NCBI GenBank assembly: GCA_037443365.1 | Contig: JBBIOM010000019.1 | Location: 1 to 37,291, forward strand | Source: Armatimonadota bacterium | Lineage (GTDB): Bacteria > Sysuimicrobiota > Sysuimicrobiia > Sysuimicrobiales > Humicultoraceae | DNA: 37,291 nucleotides | Direction: 5' to 3' | In this document: positions 1-11,019 of the stretch, in pieces | Position numbering within the stretch: the stretch's first letter is position 1 | How the letters are laid out: each line of letters begins with the position of its first letter | Made by a program: the position numbers and the translations under genes | The notes under the pieces: generated by a model | Databases searched by the model: none | What the model was told of the DNA's origin: nothing | What the model saw: only the letters and a program-made list of their open reading frames with translations

Positions 1-1
1 C

Positions 2-55
2 CGAGAAGGCGGGCGGACGGTGGGCGCCGGCGTCGTCGTGAAGGTGGTGGAGTAG
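2..55 (+). CDS. tuf: Elongation factor Tu, C-terminal fragment (gene starts before the window)
   Basis: Manual translation [17 protein letters not shown] matches the EF-Tu C-terminus; it lies directly upstream of rpsJ. Confidence 0.95.
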   Translation, partial: REGGRTVGAGVVVKVVE

Positions 56-59
56 AGCG

Positions 60-371
60 ATGACGGTGGCGCAGAGGATCCGGATCAAGCTGAGGGCCTT
101 CGACCACAAGGTCCTCGATCAGTCGGCTGAGAAGATCGTGAGTGTGGCGCGGAAATCCGGCGCGCGCGTCTGCGGCCCGGTTCCACTGCCGACGAACCGC
201 AACACCTTCTGTGTCATCCGATCCCCTCACATCGACAAGGAGTCGATGGAACACTTCGAGATCCGGACGCATCGGCGCCTTATTGACATCCTGGAAGCAA
301 CGCCGAAGACGGTTGACGAGCTCATGCACCTTGACCTTCCGGCCGGCGTTGACATCGAGATCAAGCTGTAG
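60..371 (+). CDS. rpsJ: 30S ribosomal protein uS10
   Basis: [32 protein letters not shown] motifs. Confidence 0.99.
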   Translation: MTVAQRIRIKLRAFDHKVLDQSAEKIVSVARKSGARVCGPVPLPTNRNTFCVIRSPHIDKESMEHFEIRTHRRLIDILEATPKTVDELMHLDLPAGVDIEIKL

Positions 372-383
372 GAGTTGCAGGAG

Positions 384-998
384 ATGGCGGCCATCCTTGG
401 ACGAAAGCTCGGCATGACCCGCGTCTTCGATGAAGAGGGGACCAGTGTCGCCGTGACGGTCATCGAAGCGGGTCCCTGCGTCGTCATTGATGCGCGGACG
501 CCGGAGCGCGATGGCTACACCGCGATGCGGGTGGCCTTCGAGCCCGTGCCCGATCGCAAGGTGAACCGCCCGACCAAGGGCGTGTTCGCCCGTCGAAAGA
601 TGGCAACCCATCGGGTCATCCGGGAGCTGCCCCTGCCGGAGGGCGGGGTGGAGCCCGGGCAGGTCATCACGGTCAAGGAGTTCTCTCCCGGACAGGTCGT
701 GGATGTCACCGGCACCAGCATCGGCCGCGGATTCGCCGGCGCGATGAAGCGACACGGCTTTGGCGGCCAGCGCGACTCGCACGGCGTGTCGCTGATGCAC
801 CGCGCCGTGGGCTCGATAGGATCATCGGACATAGCCCGGGTGTTTCCTGGGAAGGGGATGCCCGGACGTCACGGCAACAAGCGGGTCACCGTCAAGCGGC
901 TTCGCGTCCTCCGCGTGGATCCCAAGAACAACCTCCTGCTGCTGCGCGGCGCGACGCCGGGCGTGCGGGGAGGGCTGCTGGTGGTGAGGAGCACATGA
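384..998 (+). CDS. rplC: 50S ribosomal protein uL3
   Basis: [21 protein letters not shown] motifs; ATG 384 follows CAGGAG SD. Confidence 0.98.
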   Translation: MAAILGRKLGMTRVFDEEGTSVAVTVIEAGPCVVIDARTPERDGYTAMRVAFEPVPDRKVNRPTKGVFARRKMATHRVIRELPLPEGGVEPGQVITVKEFSPGQVVDVTGTSIGRGFAGAMKRHGFGGQRDSHGVSLMHRAVGSIGSSDIARVFPGKGMPGRHGNKRVTVKRLRVLRVDPKNNLLLLRGATPGVRGGLLVVRST

Positions 999-1633
999 CT
1001 ACCGCGACGCACAAGGCGATGACCTTCGATGCGACTGGCGCGCCGGCCGGCGAGATCGAGCTGCCCGCGTCGGTCTTTGGCCTGAGGCCGAACCGGGCCC
1101 TGATGCACCGCGCCGTTGTGGCCGAGATGGCGAACGCGCGGGCGGGTACGCACGCGTCGCGCACCAGGGGCGACGTGAGGGGGGGGGGCCGCAAGCCCTG
1201 GCGTCAGAAGGGCACCGGGCGCGCGCGCGCCGGAAGCCGGCGCTCTCCGCTCTGGACGGGTGGCGGGACGATCTTCGGTCCGCAGCCCCGCGACTACTCC
1301 CAGAGGCTCTCCAGGCAGGAGCGAAGGCTGGCCTTTCGATCGGCGCTGTCGGCGCAGGCCCAGGCCGGGCAGATCGTCGTCCTCGAGCGCCTGGCCGGTG
1401 GTGGGCCCAAGACCAGGACCGTGCTAGCGCTGCTGGAGAAGGCGGGGGTGAGGCCCCCCGCGGTCATCATCGCGGCCGACGGAGAAAGGGATCTGGCACG
1501 CGCCGCGCTCAATCTGCCGGGCGTGCGCGTGCTCTCCGCGCGCCGCCTTGCGGTCCGGCACCTGCTGACGCCGCACCCGCTGGTGGTCACGAGAGCGGCG
1601 TTGGCCGTTTTGCAGGAGGCATGGGGATCGTGA
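995..1633 (+). CDS. rplD: 50S ribosomal protein uL4
   Basis: RGGGRKPWRQKGTGRARAG motif; operon position. Confidence 0.98.
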   Translation: MTTATHKAMTFDATGAPAGEIELPASVFGLRPNRALMHRAVVAEMANARAGTHASRTRGDVRGGGRKPWRQKGTGRARAGSRRSPLWTGGGTIFGPQPRDYSQRLSRQERRLAFRSALSAQAQAGQIVVLERLAGGGPKTRTVLALLEKAGVRPPAVIIAADGERDLARAALNLPGVRVLSARRLAVRHLLTPHPLVVTRAALAVLQEAWGS

Positions 1634-1914
1634 ATCCGCGCGAGATCATCCGTCGTCCGATTCTGACCGAGAAGAGCCTGCGCGGCAACGAGGGCGGCAA
1701 GTACACGTTCGAGATCGCCCGGGGCGCTAACAAGATCGCGGTGAAGCAGGCGGTTGAGGCGATCTTCTCGGTGCGCGTGAGCCGCGTCAATGTGATCAAC
1801 ATCCCCGGACGCACGCGGCGGCGAGGCCGGTACGAGTTCACGTCGCCAGGCATGCGGAAGGCCGTGGTCACGCTGGCCCCGGGCAACAAGATTGATTTGG
1901 AGAGCATGACGTAG
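1630..1914 (+). CDS. rplW: 50S ribosomal protein uL23
   Basis: PILTEKS, KKAVVTL-like motif; GTG 1630 overlaps the rplD stop, with AGGAGG SD upstream. Confidence 0.97.
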   Translation: MNPREIIRRPILTEKSLRGNEGGKYTFEIARGANKIAVKQAVEAIFSVRVSRVNVINIPGRTRRRGRYEFTSPGMRKAVVTLAPGNKIDLESMT

Positions 1915-1935
1915 GCCGACGACTGGGAGGCCGCG

Positions 1936-2760
1936 ATGGGAATGAAGAAGTTCAAGCCAACGACGCCGGGACGCCGGTTTGCGACCGTCTCCAGCTTTGA
2001 GGAGATCACGAAGACCCGACCCGAGCGCCGGCTCCTGGAGCCGGTGCGCCGGCGGGCGGGCCGCAACGGGCAGGGCAAGGTGACCGTGCGCCATCGGGGC
2101 GGCGGGCACAAGCGCCGCTATCGGATCATCGACTTCAAGCGCGACAAGGATGGGATTCCCGCCCGCGTGGCCGCGGTGGAGTACGACCCGAACCGGTCGG
2201 CGCGCCTCGCGCTGCTGTACTACGCCGACGGCGAGAAGCGATACATCCTGGCGCCCGTGGGCCTGAGCGTAGGTGACACGGTCTCCTCCGGCGCGGAAGC
2301 CGACATCCGGCCCGGCAACGCGCTGCCGCTGCGGGCAATTCCGGTGGGCACGGTGGTTCACAACGTTGAGTTGATGCCCTCCCGTGGCGGCCAAATGGTG
2401 CGGGCCGCCGGTGCCGGCGCGCAGCTCATGGCGAAGGAAGGTGGGGTGGCCCACATCCGGCTGCCCTCGGGCGAGGTCAGGCTCGTGCCGCTGGACTGCC
2501 GCGCCACGATCGGCCAGGTGGGCAATGTCGACCACGAGGCCACCAAGATCGGCAAGGCAGGGAGATCGCGGTGGCTCGGGCGCCGGCCTTCGGTGCGCGG
2601 CGTGGCCATGGATCCTTCGAGCCACCCGCACGGCGGCGGGGAGGGGCGGTCCCCGATCGGGATGCCGGGCCCGGTCACCCCGTGGGGCAAGCCCACGCTG
2701 GGATACAAGACGCGCAAGGCCAAGCGCTCCGACGCGTTGATCGTCAAGCGGCGCAAGTAG
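1936..2760 (+). CDS. rplB: 50S ribosomal protein uL2
   Basis: [22 protein letters not shown] motifs. Confidence 0.99.
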   Translation: MGMKKFKPTTPGRRFATVSSFEEITKTRPERRLLEPVRRRAGRNGQGKVTVRHRGGGHKRRYRIIDFKRDKDGIPARVAAVEYDPNRSARLALLYYADGEKRYILAPVGLSVGDTVSSGAEADIRPGNALPLRAIPVGTVVHNVELMPSRGGQMVRAAGAGAQLMAKEGGVAHIRLPSGEVRLVPLDCRATIGQVGNVDHEATKIGKAGRSRWLGRRPSVRGVAMDPSSHPHGGGEGRSPIGMPGPVTPWGKPTLGYKTRKAKRSDALIVKRRK

Positions 2761-2783
2761 GGCGAGGGAGGTCGGCACCAGCC

Positions 2784-3068
2784 ATGGGACGATCGCAAAA
2801 GAAAGGGCCGTTCGCGGACCAGCACCTGGTTCGGAAGATAAAGGAGCTGAACCGGTCCCGTGAGCGGCGCGTCATCAAGACCTGGTCGCGACGCTCCACC
2901 GTGCTCCCCGATTTCATCGGGCACACGATTGCCGTCTATGACGGCCGCAAGCACGTGCCGGTCTACGTGACCGAGCAGATGGTCGGACACAAGCTGGGCG
3001 AGTTTGCACCGACGCGCACGTTCAAGGGGCACAGCGCGCACACCGAGCGCGCGACGACGCCCAAGTAG
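2784..3068 (+). CDS. rpsS: 30S ribosomal protein uS19
   Basis: [30 protein letters not shown]; true start lies inside the longer ORF 2571..3068. Confidence 0.98.
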   Translation: MGRSQKKGPFADQHLVRKIKELNRSRERRVIKTWSRRSTVLPDFIGHTIAVYDGRKHVPVYVTEQMVGHKLGEFAPTRTFKGHSAHTERATTPK

Positions 3069-3095
3069 GCCGCCGGACCTGACGGGAGGAAGAGC

Positions 3096-3437
3096 ATGGA
3101 AGTCAAGGCCATCGCCAGGCACGTCAGCATATCGCCCCTGAAGGCCCGACGGGCGCTGGCGGTCCTTCGCGGGCTCCCGGTCCAGGAAGCCGAAGCGCGC
3201 CTGAGAGCCGCGTCCGACGCGGCATCCAGCGTGGTGGCCAAGGTGCTGAAATCGGCCGTGGCCAATGCCGAGAGCAACCACGAGATGGACGCCGAGGACC
3301 TGATCGTTGTGCGGGCCTATGCCGACCGGGCGCCAGTCACCAAGCGGGTCACGCCGCGCGCGCGGGGGCGGGCAGACATCATAACCAAGCGCAGCAGCCA
3401 CATCACCGTCGTTGTTGGCGAGCGTGCGGGCCGCTAG
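3096..3437 (+). CDS. rplV: 50S ribosomal protein uL22
   Basis: [22 protein letters not shown] motifs. Confidence 0.98.
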   Translation: MEVKAIARHVSISPLKARRALAVLRGLPVQEAEARLRAASDAASSVVAKVLKSAVANAESNHEMDAEDLIVVRAYADRAPVTKRVTPRARGRADIITKRSSHITVVVGERAGR

Positions 3438-3466
3438 GTCGGGCAGCGCGATTCCGGAGGTGTGAG

Positions 3467-4208
<742 letters not shown>

Positions 4209-4231
<23 letters not shown>

Positions 4232-4622
4232 GTTCCGCAAGGCGCACCGGGGAAGCATGGCTGGCAAGGTTCGGGCCGGCACCACCATGGCGTTTGGGGA
4301 GTATGGCCTTCAGGCCCTGGATCCGGGATGGATCTCGAGCGCTCAGCTCGAGGCGGCCCGCCGCACAATCACCCGGTTCATCAAGCGAGGCGGGAAGCTC
4401 TGGATCAGGGTCTTCCCTGACAAGCCGGTCACGAAGAAGCCGGCCGAGACGCGAATGGGCAGCGGCAAAGGGAACCCCGAGTTCTGGGTGACCGTCGTCA
4501 GGCCGGGTAGGATTCTCTTCGAGCTGGCCGGCGTGGCTGAGCCCCAGGCGCGTCAGGCCATGTCCCTGGCCTCGCACAAGCTGCCGATCAAGACCCAGTT
4601 CGTTTCCAGGGTGGTGGCCTGA
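4209..4622 (+). CDS. rplP: 50S ribosomal protein uL16
   Basis: [18 protein letters not shown] motifs. Confidence 0.99.
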
Positions 4623-4624
4623 AG

Positions 4625-4819
4625 ATGAAGGCGAGCGTGTTGCGGGAGATGCTCCCGGCTGAGATCGAGAAGAAGATCGAAGAGGCCGAGCGCGAGTTGT
4701 GGTCGTTGAGGATCAAGGTCTCGCAGCAGCGCAACACGGCGCGGATCCGCACGCTGCGGCGCGACGTGGCGCGCATGAAGACGGTGCTGGGTGGCCGCAT
4801 GGCGGCCGGCCATAAGTAG
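4625..4819 (+). CDS. rpmC: 50S ribosomal protein uL29
   Basis: MKASVLRE...RRDVARMKTV; located between rplP and rpsQ. Confidence 0.95.
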   Translation: MKASVLREMLPAEIEKKIEEAERELWSLRIKVSQQRNTARIRTLRRDVARMKTVLGGRMAAGHK

Positions 4820-4835
4820 GGTCGGGGGGCTGAGC

Positions 4836-5093
4836 ATGGCGGAGCGGGCGATGCGCAAGAACCAGGTGGGCGTTGTAACCAGCGCCAAGATGACCAAGAC
4901 CGTGGTGGTGGAGATAGAGACCGCGATGCGCCACCCGCTCTACAAGAAGACCGTCCGACGGTCCAAGTCGCTCAAGGTTCACGATGAGCAGGGTGCTGCA
5001 CGCGAGGGGGATCGAGTGCGGATCGTGGAGACACGCCCTCTGTCCCGCGACAAACGGTGGCGGGTGGCCGAGATTCTCGAGCGGGCGCGCTAG
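4836..5093 (+). CDS. rpsQ: 30S ribosomal protein uS17
   Basis: GVVTSAKMTKT, HPLYKK, ETRPLSRDKRW motifs. Confidence 0.98.
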   Translation: MAERAMRKNQVGVVTSAKMTKTVVVEIETAMRHPLYKKTVRRSKSLKVHDEQGAAREGDRVRIVETRPLSRDKRWRVAEILERAR

Positions 5094-5120
5094 GCCCGCG
5101 GGCCGGATTGGGGTGCAGCG

Positions 5121-5489
5121 ATGATTCAGCAGGAGAGCCGACTGAAGGTGGCCGACAACACCGGCGCGCGAGAGCTTCTCTGCATCCGAGTCACGGGGGG
5201 CTCCCACCGGCGGTACGCCAGCGTGGGGGATGTCATCGTGGCATCGGTGAAGCAGGCCGTCCCCAACAGCCCTGTGAAGAAGGGAGAGGTCGTTCGCGCG
5301 GTAGTCGTGCGCACCCGGAAGGAACTGCGCCGTCGCGACGGGTCCTACATACGGTTCGACGACAACGCGGCGGTCTTGCTGTCCGACGCCACCAATCCAC
5401 GGGGCACTCGCATCTTTGGCCCGGTCGCGCGCGAGCTTCGAGAGAAGCAGTTCATGAAGATCATCTCTCTCGCGCCCGAAGTGCTGTAG
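5121..5489 (+). CDS. rplN: 50S ribosomal protein uL14
   Basis: [35 protein letters not shown]. Confidence 0.99.
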   Translation: MIQQESRLKVADNTGARELLCIRVTGGSHRRYASVGDVIVASVKQAVPNSPVKKGEVVRAVVVRTRKELRRRDGSYIRFDDNAAVLLSDATNPRGTRIFGPVARELREKQFMKIISLAPEVL

Positions 5490-5516
5490 CGGGGGACTTG
5501 AACGGAGGCAGGGACG

Positions 5517-5858
5517 ATGGCGGTGGCAACAATGCAGGGACGGCCCCATCTCCGCAAGGGCGACATGGTGGAGGTGACCGGCGGCAAGTTCAGCGGAAGG
5601 CGGGGGAAGGTGCTCAGGGTTTCCCCCCGTGACGCGCGCGCCATCGTGGAGGGCGTAAACATCGTGAAGCGTCACGTGAAGCCCAGTCGCAAGACGCCCC
5701 AGGGCGGGGTGGTATCCAAGGAGGCGCCGATCCCGGTGGCGCGACTGATGATAGTGTGCTCCAGATGCGGGGAAGCCTCGCGGGCAGGGCACCGATACCT
5801 GGAAGACGGAACCAAGGTGAGGTACTGCAAGCGCTGCAAGGAGCAGATGGACAAGTAG
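5517..5858 (+). CDS. rplX: 50S ribosomal protein uL24 (CxxC...CxxC form)
   Basis: KGDMVEVTGGK KOW motif, VEGVNIVKRH, KEAPI. Confidence 0.98.
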   Translation: MAVATMQGRPHLRKGDMVEVTGGKFSGRRGKVLRVSPRDARAIVEGVNIVKRHVKPSRKTPQGGVVSKEAPIPVARLMIVCSRCGEASRAGHRYLEDGTKVRYCKRCKEQMDK

Positions 5859-5879
5859 GCTGGCAGGAGCGGGAGATAG

Positions 5880-6437
5880 ATGGCCACCAGGCTCAAGGAA
5901 CGATACCAGACAGACGTCATGCCGAAGATGCTCGAGCGGTTTCAGTATCGCAACCGCATGGAGATCCCTCGGCTCGAGAAGGTCGTCATCAACGTGCGGG
6001 TGGGCGGCGCTGTGGCGGATCCTCGCCAGATCGACAAGGTGGTCGAAGATCTGGTGGCGATCACCGGCCAGCGCCCGGTCGTTACGCGGGCTCGCCGTTC
6101 GATCGCCGCATTCAAGCTGCGGCAGGGCATGCCGATCGGCGTGAAGGTAACCCTGCGAGGCGACCGGATGTACCACTTCCTGGACAAGCTCTTCAACATC
6201 GCCCTGCCGCGGATCAAGGACTTCAAGGGCATATCCGAACGCGCGTTCGACGGCCGCGGCAACCTCAACCTGGGTCTTCGGGAGCAACTGGTCTTCCCCG
6301 AGATCGAGTACGACAAGGTTGACAAGATTCGCGGAATGGACGTGACGGTGGTCACCACCGCGCGTTCGGATGAGCAGGCGCGCGAGCTGCTCCGGGGTCT
6401 GGGCCTCCCACTGCGGGAGGCCGCGCAGGGCGCATAG
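5880..6437 (+). CDS. rplE: 50S ribosomal protein uL5
   Basis: [26 protein letters not shown] motifs. Confidence 0.99.
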   Translation: MATRLKERYQTDVMPKMLERFQYRNRMEIPRLEKVVINVRVGGAVADPRQIDKVVEDLVAITGQRPVVTRARRSIAAFKLRQGMPIGVKVTLRGDRMYHFLDKLFNIALPRIKDFKGISERAFDGRGNLNLGLREQLVFPEIEYDKVDKIRGMDVTVVTTARSDEQARELLRGLGLPLREAAQGA

Positions 6438-6458
6438 GTCCGAAGGAGGAATCCGCGG

Positions 6459-6644
6459 GTGCCAAAGAAGTCGATGCTCGAGAAGTGGAAGCGCAAGCCC
6501 AAGTTCGCCGTGCGCAAGTTCAGCCGCTGCCGCCGATGCGGCCGGCCCCGCGCCATCTACAGGCGCCTGGGGCTGTGCAGGGTGTGCCTGCGGCAGCTGG
6601 CATACCGGGGCGAGATCCCGGGCATGGTGAAGGCGAGCTGGTAG
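6459..6644 (+). CDS. rpsZ: 30S ribosomal protein uS14, zinc-binding type Z
   Basis: 61 aa; RCRRCGR...[18 protein letters not shown]. Confidence 0.97.
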   Translation: MPKKSMLEKWKRKPKFAVRKFSRCRRCGRPRAIYRRLGLCRVCLRQLAYRGEIPGMVKASW

Positions 6645-6657
6645 GGAGGGTAGCCCC

Positions 6658-7062
6658 GTGGGTGGAGTTGTCACGGATTCGATTGCGGACATGCTGACAC
6701 GGCTGCGGAACGCTAACGCCGCCAAGCACGACAACGTCATCGTTCCAACCAGCAGGATGAAGCTGGAGATCGCCAGGATCCTGAAGGCGGAAGGGTTCAT
6801 TGCCGACTTCCAGGTCGTGGAGCGCCAGCCGCAGGGCCAGTTGCGCATGACGCTCCGGTACGGACCCAAGCGTCAGCAGGTGCTGACCGGCGTCCGGCGC
6901 GTGAGCCGGCCCGGGCTGCGGATCTACGCCAAGCGCTCGGCCGTTCCCAGGGTCAGGGGCGGGATGGGCGTCGCGATACTGTCAACATCCCGCGGGATAA
7001 TGACAGACAGGGAGGCCCGCCAGTCAGGAGTCGGCGGGGAGGTCATCTGCTATGTCTGGTGA
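6658..7062 (+). CDS. rpsH: 30S ribosomal protein uS8
   Basis: [31 protein letters not shown]. Confidence 0.99.
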   Translation: MGGVVTDSIADMLTRLRNANAAKHDNVIVPTSRMKLEIARILKAEGFIADFQVVERQPQGQLRMTLRYGPKRQQVLTGVRRVSRPGLRIYAKRSAVPRVRGGMGVAILSTSRGIMTDREARQSGVGGEVICYVW

Positions 7063-7086
7063 TTGCAGGGCGGGGAGGGACTGGCC

Positions 7087-7638
7087 ATGTCACGGATAGG
7101 GCGCATGCCCGTCAACCTGCCCGCGGGCGTGGGCGTGGCCGTGAGCGGGCGGAGCGTCGAGGTGGCGGGCCCCAAGGGGCGCCTGGTCCGTCAGGTGCAC
7201 CCTGACATGCGCGTGGTGGTCGAGGGCGGCGCGGTGACGGTTTCCAGGCCGACGGACCAGAAGTTCCATCGCGCGCTGCACGGGCTAACCCGGGCGATGA
7301 TCGCCAACATGGTGCGCGGTGTCGTGGATGGTTTCCGGACTGATCTGGAGATCCACGGCGTCGGATACCGCGCAGCGAAGCAGGGACGAGGGCTGGTTCT
7401 TCAGGTGGGGTACTCTCACACCGTTGAGCTGACCCCGCCCGATGGAGTCGAGGTGGAGGTTCCTGCGCCCAACAGGATCTCGGTCGTCGGCACCGACAAG
7501 GAAGCGGTGGGGCAATTCGCGGCGACCCTGCGGGCGGTCCGGCGCCCGGATCCTTACAAGGGCAAGGGCATCCGGTACGCGGGAGAGCGCCTGCGCCTGA
7601 AGGCCGGCAAGGCCGGGCGTACAGCCGGGAAGGCGTAG
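7087..7638 (+). CDS. rplF: 50S ribosomal protein uL6
   Basis: [25 protein letters not shown]. Confidence 0.99.
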   Translation: MSRIGRMPVNLPAGVGVAVSGRSVEVAGPKGRLVRQVHPDMRVVVEGGAVTVSRPTDQKFHRALHGLTRAMIANMVRGVVDGFRTDLEIHGVGYRAAKQGRGLVLQVGYSHTVELTPPDGVEVEVPAPNRISVVGTDKEAVGQFAATLRAVRRPDPYKGKGIRYAGERLRLKAGKAGRTAGKA

Positions 7639-7655
7639 GGAGGTCAAGGACCGCG

Positions 7656-8024
7656 ATGTACACTCTACCCGATCGCAACGCGCTTCGCCGCCGGAGGCAC
7701 CTGCGTTCCCGGAGGCGGCTGGCCGGAACGGCTGATAGGCCGCGCCTCTCGGTGTTCCGCAGCCTGAAGCAGATCTACGCGCAGGTCATCGATGATCAGA
7801 CCGGCCAGACGCTGGTGTCGGCCTCAACGCTTGACGCCGAGGTGCGACCGCGGATCGCCGCCAGGAAGAAGACAGAAGCCAGCGCGGTCGTGGGCGAGGT
7901 GCTGGCCCGGCGCGCCCTGGCCAAAGGCATTGCCGCGGTTGTCTTCGACCGAAGCGGATACCTCTACCACGGCCGCGTTCGTGCGCTGGCCGAGGCGGCG
8001 AGGTCGGCTGGGCTGCAGTTCTAG
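7656..8024 (+). CDS. rplR: 50S ribosomal protein uL18
   Basis: [25 protein letters not shown]. Confidence 0.99.
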   Translation: MYTLPDRNALRRRRHLRSRRRLAGTADRPRLSVFRSLKQIYAQVIDDQTGQTLVSASTLDAEVRPRIAARKKTEASAVVGEVLARRALAKGIAAVVFDRSGYLYHGRVRALAEAARSAGLQF

Positions 8025-8042
8025 TCACTCTGGAGGAGTCAC

Positions 8043-8555
8043 GTGCCGCAGCGCATAGATCCGTCATCTGTCAACCTGACCGTCGAGAAGGCGGTGTTCA
8101 TCAACCGCGTCGCCAAGGTGACGAAGGGCGCGAAGAGGTTCAAGTTCAGCGCCCTCGTGGTCGTTGGGGACGAGGACGGGCACGTCGGGGTGGGACTGGG
8201 CAAGGCATCCGAGGTGCCCGACGCGATCCGCAAGGCGGTCGAGGACGCGAAGAAGGGGCTCATGAAGGTCCGCCGGCGGGGCACCACGATTCCGCACGAG
8301 ATCGTGGGCACCTACGGCGCGTCGCGCGTTCTCCTGCGGCCGGCGTCGCGGGGGACCGGTGTCATAGCGGGGGGCGCCGCGCGCGCCGTGCTCGAGGCAG
8401 CCGGGATCAAGGACATCCTGACCAAGGCGCTGGGATCCACCAACTCCATCAACGTGGCCCGCGCGACGCTGGCCGGGCTGGAAGCGCTGCGCCTGCCGGA
8501 GGAGACGGCGCGCCTGCGCGGCCGGCCGGTCGAGGCGATGACCCGGAAGGCCTGA
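8043..8555 (+). CDS. rpsE: 30S ribosomal protein uS5
   Basis: [30 protein letters not shown]. Confidence 0.99.
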   Translation: MPQRIDPSSVNLTVEKAVFINRVAKVTKGAKRFKFSALVVVGDEDGHVGVGLGKASEVPDAIRKAVEDAKKGLMKVRRRGTTIPHEIVGTYGASRVLLRPASRGTGVIAGGAARAVLEAAGIKDILTKALGSTNSINVARATLAGLEALRLPEETARLRGRPVEAMTRKA

Positions 8556-8607
8556 GGTGGGGCGCGTGGGGGACGGGACAGAGGCACAGGAGTCGCAAAG
8601 GAGCACG

Positions 8608-9078
8608 ATGCCGATGCTGGGAAGGTTGAAGCCGCAGCGCGGGGCGCACAGGCGTCGCCGACGCGTGGGCCGGGGGCTGGGCTCAGGTCGCGGAGCGTAT
8701 TCGGGCAGGGGCCGAAAGGGCCAGAAGTCCCGTGCGGGCTCGGGACCGCGCCCCGGGTTTGAGGGAGGGCAGACGCCACTCATCAAGCGCCTGCCGTTCC
8801 GTCGCGGCGTGCGCGGCGCCGGCAGCAACATGACCGGCGGTGGGCCCAGGCCCGCGATGCAGGAGGTTCGGCTGCGCGACCTCAACAGGTTTCCATCCGG
8901 GAGTGAGATAACGCCGGCGCTGTTGCGGCGCACCGGGATCGTCGGCGCGGGGCGTGTCAAGGTCCTGGCCACCGGCCGCCTGATGCACCCGCTGACCGTC
9001 AGGGCGCAGGCCTTCACGGCTGGTGCGCGCCGGGCGATCGAAGCCGTCGGCGGCCGTGTAGAGGTCATTCCCTCGTGA
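8608..9078 (+). CDS. rplO: 50S ribosomal protein uL15
   Basis: RVGRGLGSG, GQKSRAG, FEGGQTPL; ATG 8608 follows AAGGAG SD. Confidence 0.98.
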   Translation: MPMLGRLKPQRGAHRRRRRVGRGLGSGRGAYSGRGRKGQKSRAGSGPRPGFEGGQTPLIKRLPFRRGVRGAGSNMTGGGPRPAMQEVRLRDLNRFPSGSEITPALLRRTGIVGAGRVKVLATGRLMHPLTVRAQAFTAGARRAIEAVGGRVEVIPS

Positions 9079-10349
9079 TCCAGGTACGCTCGATGTCCAA
9101 CCCGCTGCGCATCCCCGATCTGCGGCGAAGGCTGCTCTTCACCGCCGCCATGCTCGCCCTCTACCGGCTTGGAGCCCACCTGCCCGTGCCCGGCGTGAAC
9201 GTCGCCGCCATCGAGAGCCTGTTCAAGCAGAAGGGCAGCCTGTTCAGCTTCCTCGACCTGTTCGTGGGCGGGGCGCTCTCCAACTTTGCCATCTTCGCGC
9301 TGGGCGTCTTTCCATACATCACCGCGTCCATCATCTTCAGCCTGCTGCAGGTGGTTTTCCCGCGTCTCAAGGAGATGGCCACCGAGGAAGGCGAGGCCGG
9401 CAGGCGCCGGATAGGGATGTACACGCGCTACCTGACCGTGGTGCTGGCGGTGATGCAGGGCGTCGGGCAGGTCTACCTCATCCGGAGCCAGGGCGCCGTC
9501 CTTGACCCCCGGCCGCTGATAATGGCCACGATCATCATCACCCTTACCGCGGGGACCATGCTGCTGACATGGATGGGCGAGATCATGACCGAGTACGGGG
9601 TCGGAAACGGCATCTCGCTGATCATCTTCGGCGGCATCGTCGCCCGGCTCCCCGCGCAGAGCGCCCAGACCCTCACGCTGGTGAGGGCGGGCGAGGTCGC
9701 GATCTGGAAGTTCCTCCTTGATATCGTAATAATACTGGCCAGCATCGTCGCCGTGGTGTTCATAACGCAGGCGATGCGCAAGATTCCCGTTCAGTACGCC
9801 AAGCGCGTGGTGGGCCGTCGGGTCTACGGCGGACAGTCCACGCACCTGCCCATGCGCCTCATCCAGGCCGGCGTGATCCCGATAATCTTCGCAGTGTCGG
9901 TGCTGCAGTTCCCGGGCACGATCGCGCAGTTCTCTCGCTGGGAGTGGATGCAGCGGTTTGGGCAGCGGATACTCCCGGGCCAGCCAATGGGGGACCTGCT
10001 CTACTTCGCGCTCATCATCGTGTTCACGTACTTTTACACCGCGGTGTCGTTCAACCCGAACGACGTTTCGAACAACATCAAGAAGTACGGCGGGTTCATC
10101 CCGGGCATCCGGCCGGGGAAGCCGACGAGCGACTACCTGTCGCGCGTCACCGAGCGCCTGACCTTCGTGGGGGCGCTGTCGCTGGCCACCATCGCCATTG
10201 CCCCGGTCTACCTGGCACAAGGCGCCGGCGCACTCACCCTGTATCTTGCAGGGACCTCGCTGCTCATCGTCGTCAGCGTGGCCCTTGAGACCATGAAGCA
10301 GCTGGAGGCCTATGTGCTCATGCGCCATTACGAGGGTTTCATGAAGTGA
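9075..10349 (+). CDS. secY: Preprotein translocase subunit SecY
   Basis: IFALGVFPYITASII, GVGNGISLIIF, FIPGIRPG, GTSLLIVV; multiple TM helices. Confidence 0.99.
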   Translation: MIQVRSMSNPLRIPDLRRRLLFTAAMLALYRLGAHLPVPGVNVAAIESLFKQKGSLFSFLDLFVGGALSNFAIFALGVFPYITASIIFSLLQVVFPRLKEMATEEGEAGRRRIGMYTRYLTVVLAVMQGVGQVYLIRSQGAVLDPRPLIMATIIITLTAGTMLLTWMGEIMTEYGVGNGISLIIFGGIVARLPAQSAQTLTLVRAGEVAIWKFLLDIVIILASIVAVVFITQAMRKIPVQYAKRVVGRRVYGGQSTHLPMRLIQAGVIPIIFAVSVLQFPGTIAQFSRWEWMQRFGQRILPGQPMGDLLYFALIIVFTYFYTAVSFNPNDVSNNIKKYGGFIPGIRPGKPTSDYLSRVTERLTFVGALSLATIAIAPVYLAQGAGALTLYLAGTSLLIVVSVALETMKQLEAYVLMRHYEGFMK

Positions 10350-10362
10350 GCGGCCTGGCGCG

Positions 10363-11019
10363 ATGAACCTGGCATTCCTCGGCCCGCCGGGCGTCGGCAA
10401 GGGCACGCAGGCACGCATGATCGAGCGGCGGATGGGCATCCCGCAGATCGCCACCGGTGACATCCTCAGGTCCGCGATCGCCCGCAAGACCCCGTTCGGC
10501 GAGGCGGCCGACCGGTACGTGAGCCGCGGCGAGCTGGTGCCCGACGCCGTTATGATCGAGGCGGTCGCGGACCGCCTCCAGCAGCCCGACACGGCGGGGG
10601 GGTTCGTGCTGGACGGCTTCCCCCGAACCATTCCCCAGGCCGAGGCGCTGGACGCGGTGCTGGCAGGCATGGACCGCCGCCTCGACAGGGTCGTCTTCTT
10701 TGAGGCGGCCGAGGAAGTGATCGTGCGCCGCATGAGCGGTCGGCGGATTTGCCGGGCATCTGGGCACATCTACCACCTGGACTGCCACCCACCCGCCGTC
10801 CCAGGGATCTGCGACATCGACGGAAGCCCGCTCTATCAGCGCGACGACGACCTGAACGCGACCGTGCGGCGCAGGATGCAGGTGTACCGCGAGCAGTCCG
10901 AGCCGCTTGTGGGCTTCTACCAGGCGCGGAACGTCTTCGCGTCGATCAAGGCCGAGGGCGGGGTCGAGGAGGTCTATCAGGCCTTGCTGGCCCTGGTGGT
11001 CCCGAAGGTGGTCGGGTGA
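10363..11019 (+). CDS. adk: Adenylate kinase
   Basis: GPPGVGKGTQA P-loop, LDGFPRT, QRDDD. Confidence 0.99.
   Translation: MNLAFLGPPGVGKGTQARMIERRMGIPQIATGDILRSAIARKTPFGEAADRYVSRGELVPDAVMIEAVADRLQQPDTAGGFVLDGFPRTIPQAEALDAVLAGMDRRLDRVVFFEAAEEVIVRRMSGRRICRASGHIYHLDCHPPAVPGICDIDGSPLYQRDDDLNATVRRRMQVYREQSEPLVGFYQARNVFASIKAEGGVEEVYQALLALVVPKVVG

Noticed and set aside
1179-1188. G10 homopolymer in rplD as a phase-variation tract
   Set aside because: It encodes the conserved RGGG motif in frame in an essential gene.
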